Assembly: GCF_023169545.1 (NCBI RefSeq)
Contig: NZ_AP019769.1
Span: 300,001-332,000 of the forward strand
Reading direction: 5' to 3'
Source: Nanobdella aerobiophila
Lineage (GTDB): Archaea; Nanobdellota; Nanobdellia; Nanobdellales; Nanobdellaceae
DNA: 32,000 nucleotides
Numbering within the stretch: position 1 is the stretch's first letter; the number at the start of each line of letters is the position of its first letter. Positions 28,980 through 32,000 of the stretch are shown here, piece by piece. The translations under genes were made by a program, and so were the position numbers. The notes beneath the pieces are model-generated. The model saw only the letters and a list, made by a program, of their open reading frames with translations. It did no database searches and had not been told where the DNA came from.

Positions 28980-29441
28980 ATGGAGGCTTGTATATTTTGT
29001 AAAATTTCTAGAAAAGAAATAGAATCTGCAATAATATGGGAAAATGATAGATGGATATTAATATTAGATAAGTTTCCTATAATAAAAGGTCAATCTTTAT
29101 TAATTCCTAAAGAACATGTTTTAACTGGTATAGAAGATTTATCAGAAAATTATTTAAGCGAATTACCTTTTATAATTAAAGAATCTATAAAGATATTAAA
29201 AAAAGGATTGAATGTAAAGAAAGTTGCAGTTGTTGTCGAAGGTACAGGAGTATTTCATTTTCATGTAAAATTATATCCTTTAATTGGTTGGAATGGTGAA
29301 AAATTATTAATTGATAATCCAAAAATATGGTTTGATAAATATGAAGGATATTTAACAACAAGGGTAGGTTTCGAAAAGAGTATTGAAGAATTAAGAAAAA
29401 TTGCTGAAGAAATTAAAAATAATAATAAAGATATTTCATGA
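28980..29441 (+). CDS. HIT-family nucleotide-binding protein
   Basis: CIFCKISRKEIES, ILDKFPIIKGQSLLIPKEH, VVVEGTGVFHFHVKLYPLIGW (HxH). Confidence 0.85.
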   Translation: MEACIFCKISRKEIESAIIWENDRWILILDKFPIIKGQSLLIPKEHVLTGIEDLSENYLSELPFIIKESIKILKKGLNVKKVAVVVEGTGVFHFHVKLYPLIGWNGEKLLIDNPKIWFDKYEGYLTTRVGFEKSIEELRKIAEEIKNNNKDIS

Positions 29442-29599
29442 TTTTATTAATATATGTTATCTATAAGGGATTCTAAATAATTATTAATAATTATTTAAAA
29501 AATATAACATTTAAATTTAAAATCTACAATAATATAATATAAACAAATATATAGAAAAGGTTAGAATAAAAAATTATTAAATCCAATTGAAGATATAAT

Positions 29600-29900
29600 C
29601 ATTTAATTGTAAAAAATAAATATATTTATTGTCTACGAAGAAGTGGAAAATCAAATATATTGGAAGCAATAAGTTTAATATAAAAAATTAGAACGAAAAA
29701 TTAAATATTTTTCATATGAATGTATGAAGAGTAATAGAAATAGGAGTAAATAATTCAATAATAGATATTAAATATAAGAATAATGTAATTGATATAGAAA
29801 ATAATATATTAAAAGATTTATATACTAGAATAAAATTCTATAGGTTTAGTCTTGATTGTAATTTTTCAAATTCATATACAATAATCTTTTGCCTATATTT
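29600..29900 (+). pseudogene. Decayed P-loop ATPase fragment
   Basis: RRSGKSNILEAISLI(stop), then VIEIGVNNSIIDIKYKNNVIDIENNILKDLYTRIKFYRF in other frames. Confidence 0.45.
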
Positions 29901-29981
29901 AAAAAAATAAAATACTACTTCTTTTTAATATTATAAAATATTATGCATTAAATACTTAAGCAATATATATAATTAGACCTC

Positions 29982-30018
29982 ATATGTGATGACGGATAAC
30001 TATCGTTATCCGACATAT
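29982..30018. other. Two-tier hairpin
   Basis: CGGATAAC-TATC-GTTATCCG (29993-30012) flanked by ATATGT ... ACATAT. Confidence 0.6.
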
Positions 30019-30203
30019 ATTATTCTGAATATTATACCATTATTAGCATTTTATAATTTTATATTTAAATAATCATGATAAAATCATTGAATATTTATAT
30101 AATTATTTGTATTTTTAATAGATATGAAAAATCATAGTATTTAACAAGAAAAAATATTTTATAGGTAAAAATTTTAATATTAATATTTAACTAAATTAAA
30201 AAA

Positions 30204-30893
30204 CTAATATTGATAATATACTAGCCTTTTTAAAGGATGGTCTGATATGCCACCCAATAGTATAGGTTTATATCCTATACCGTCTATAAGCATTTTATAA
30301 CCGAATTCATCTTTTTCTATCCTTGCTAATCTGTACTCAATATGATATGGTTGAGCTAAGGAATCTATTTTAGTTAAGGGAGTTACATTAGTTAATGCAT
30401 ATGCTCCCTTCTTCTCAATTGCCGTTTCAACTAATTCACTCCTATATTTGGATTTTTGATCATTAAGATTTGAAGTTATATATTCTAGATCACTTCTTTT
30501 TAATAATACTCCATATTTTAGTTTACCTGTATCTCTATCTGCGAATCCAATAACAAAAGCTCCCCTTTTCTCAGGATCGTGATATTCTTCTATTTTAAAA
30601 GACATCTTGCTGATATCAGTAATCTTGTAATTATCACTATTTAAAGGATCTTGTCCAAAATATATTTTTAAATCTTTGAGAGCTCCTGGAATTTCTTTAA
30701 ATCCTTGCCTTCCATAATATTCACCAATTTTTCCACCACCTACTGTCGTACAATCCTCGTATTTTTGTAAATCTTCAATAGATCTAAGACCTCCATATAG
30801 ATGTTTTTCTAATAGTCTAACACATTCCTCAGTACTGTATCCTTTTATAACTCTTCCTACTAGAATGGTATCAAGTGTTTTGTCACTGACCAT
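30204..30893 (-). CDS. Conserved-looking protein of unknown function
   Basis: 229-aa ORF with balanced amino-acid composition. Confidence 0.75.
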   Translation of the reverse strand: MVSDKTLDTILVGRVIKGYSTEECVRLLEKHLYGGLRSIEDLQKYEDCTTVGGGKIGEYYGRQGFKEIPGALKDLKIYFGQDPLNSDNYKITDISKMSFKIEEYHDPEKRGAFVIGFADRDTGKLKYGVLLKRSDLEYITSNLNDQKSKYRSELVETAIEKKGAYALTNVTPLTKIDSLAQPYHIEYRLARIEKDEFGYKMLIDGIGYKPILLGGISDHPLKRLVYYQY

Positions 30894-31133
30894 AAGGTAA
30901 TATTAATCAAAAAATTTATAAATATTTCTATAGTTTTAAATAATCCTTATATAAAAATTTTATAATCTTAGAATCTAAGTCCAAATTTTTCAATAATATA
31001 TCTATAACTTATTAACTTTTTTAATTTATTTATTTGTTTAAATATTTATCATAATATAAATAATTCATATTGAAAAAATTGGATTTAACCTAAATATCAT
31101 TATAATATATATAGAGATTTAATAATAAAAATA

Positions 31134-32000
31134 TTAGATTGTTTCTATCAGAATTTTAGAACTTTTCTTATCTATCACATCTAGATCTATCTCAAATATA
31201 TTATTATATTTATCTATTAATATTATTTTAGAATTAAGTATAATTACATTTCCTCTACCCATAGTATATACAAACATAGGTCCTTTATCAGTTAATAGAT
31301 CCCACTCTAACTGATCCCCTTTTATATTTATCTTGTTTATTTTATTAACTTTGAATATTAAACTATTATATTTTAAAGCATTCTCCAATATCCTTTTATA
31401 ATCAGGATCAAGTTTTGTATAATCTTCTAATAGAAATATTTCGTTTCCTTCTTCATCATAAAATCCAATAAATTTTGGATTTGTAATTGGAAATAACATC
31501 TTAGGCATTAGCTCAATATATTTTTTTCCATCATATGTTATATCTACCCTACTGGGTCTAGTAGATGGTTCTATAATAATATTATCATTTATTAAATTTA
31601 ATTTATTTTTATTACCTTTTATTTCTCTTGAAAAAACATTCTCTTCATTAATCTGTTCTCTAAACATTTTATAAAATTCTCCTTTTATATTTAATAATTC
31701 TTGTGGATTACCTTCCTCTACTAATTTCCCATCATCTAATACGATTACCTTATCAGCATTCATAACCTCATGCACATTATGTGTTATCATTATAACTGTT
31801 TTATTATGAGACGCATTAATCATAGCTTCATATACTTCTCTTTCACTCATTACGTCTAAATTTGATGTTGCTTCATCAAATATTAATATATCGGGATCTT
31901 TTATCATAGCTCTTGCGATACTTATTCTTTGTCTTTGTCCTCCAGATAAGAATGTACCCCTCTCTCCTAAAATAGTATCATATGCAAATGGTAACCTAAT
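31134..32000 (-). CDS. ABC transporter ATPase with C-terminal DUF1854-like domain, 5' end beyond the window
   Basis: The frame extends past the track ORF: RLPFAYDTILGERGTFLSGGQRQRISIARAMIKDPDILIFDEATSNLD. After the H-loop, MLFPITNPKFIGFYDEEGNEIFLLEDYTKLDPDYKRILENAL...WDLLTDKGPMFVYT...IILIDKYNNIFEIDLDVIDKKS. Confidence 0.85.
   Translation of the reverse strand: MRLPFAYDTILGERGTFLSGGQRQRISIARAMIKDPDILIFDEATSNLDVMSEREVYEAMINASHNKTVIMITHNVHEVMNADKVIVLDDGKLVEEGNPQELLNIKGEFYKMFREQINEENVFSREIKGNKNKLNLINDNIIIEPSTRPSRVDITYDGKKYIELMPKMLFPITNPKFIGFYDEEGNEIFLLEDYTKLDPDYKRILENALKYNSLIFKVNKINKINIKGDQLEWDLLTDKGPMFVYTMGRGNVIILNSKIILIDKYNNIFEIDLDVIDKKSSKILIETI

Noticed and set aside
1-32000. Stop codon reassignment as an explanation for the many interrupted genes
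   Set aside because: Interruptions involve TAG, TAA, TGA and frameshifts, and occur mainly in accessory genes while backbone genes are intact.
1-32000. CRISPR array or IS element
   Set aside because: No regularly spaced repeats seen, and no transposase motif or terminal inverted repeats with target-site duplication identified. The GTTTCC/GGAAAC repeat at 3600-3655 is not spaced like a CRISPR.

Overview
32 kb window of a very AT-rich archaeal genome. The archaeal call is inference, based on TATA-box-like TTTATAAA upstream elements, SQR and ferredoxin-dependent oxidoreductase genes, an archaeal-type MiaB-like enzyme, DUF4143-type ATPases, and VapBC and MNT/HepT-like modules. The left ~8.5 kb is accessory. 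It holds three AAA-ATPase/PD-(D/E)XK (DUF4143-like) genes, one cut by an in-frame TAG. It also holds a decayed glycosyltransferase, a decayed VapBC-like pair and a second damaged PIN gene. Each of the three ATPase genes is preceded by its own palindrome. The clearest is a duplicated TGAGAA-N7-TTCTCA element whose second copy overlaps the start codon of the 7047 gene. The middle (8.5-25 kb) is a mostly intact backbone: NUDIX-methyltransferase fusion, large secreted repeat protein, wHTH proteins, MiaB-like radical SAM protein, 2-oxoacid:ferredoxin oxidoreductase gamma-alpha fusion, VKOR, SQR+DUF1641, and a coupled gene set encoding surface-type proteins. The right part (26-30 kb) is again decayed accessory DNA: a frameshifted zinc-finger gene, an MNT/HepT remnant, partial copies of a HIT gene and an ATPase remnant. 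The window ends in an ABC ATPase fused to a DUF1854-like domain. No CRISPR array was seen. Family calls come from motifs read by eye; no database search was run.
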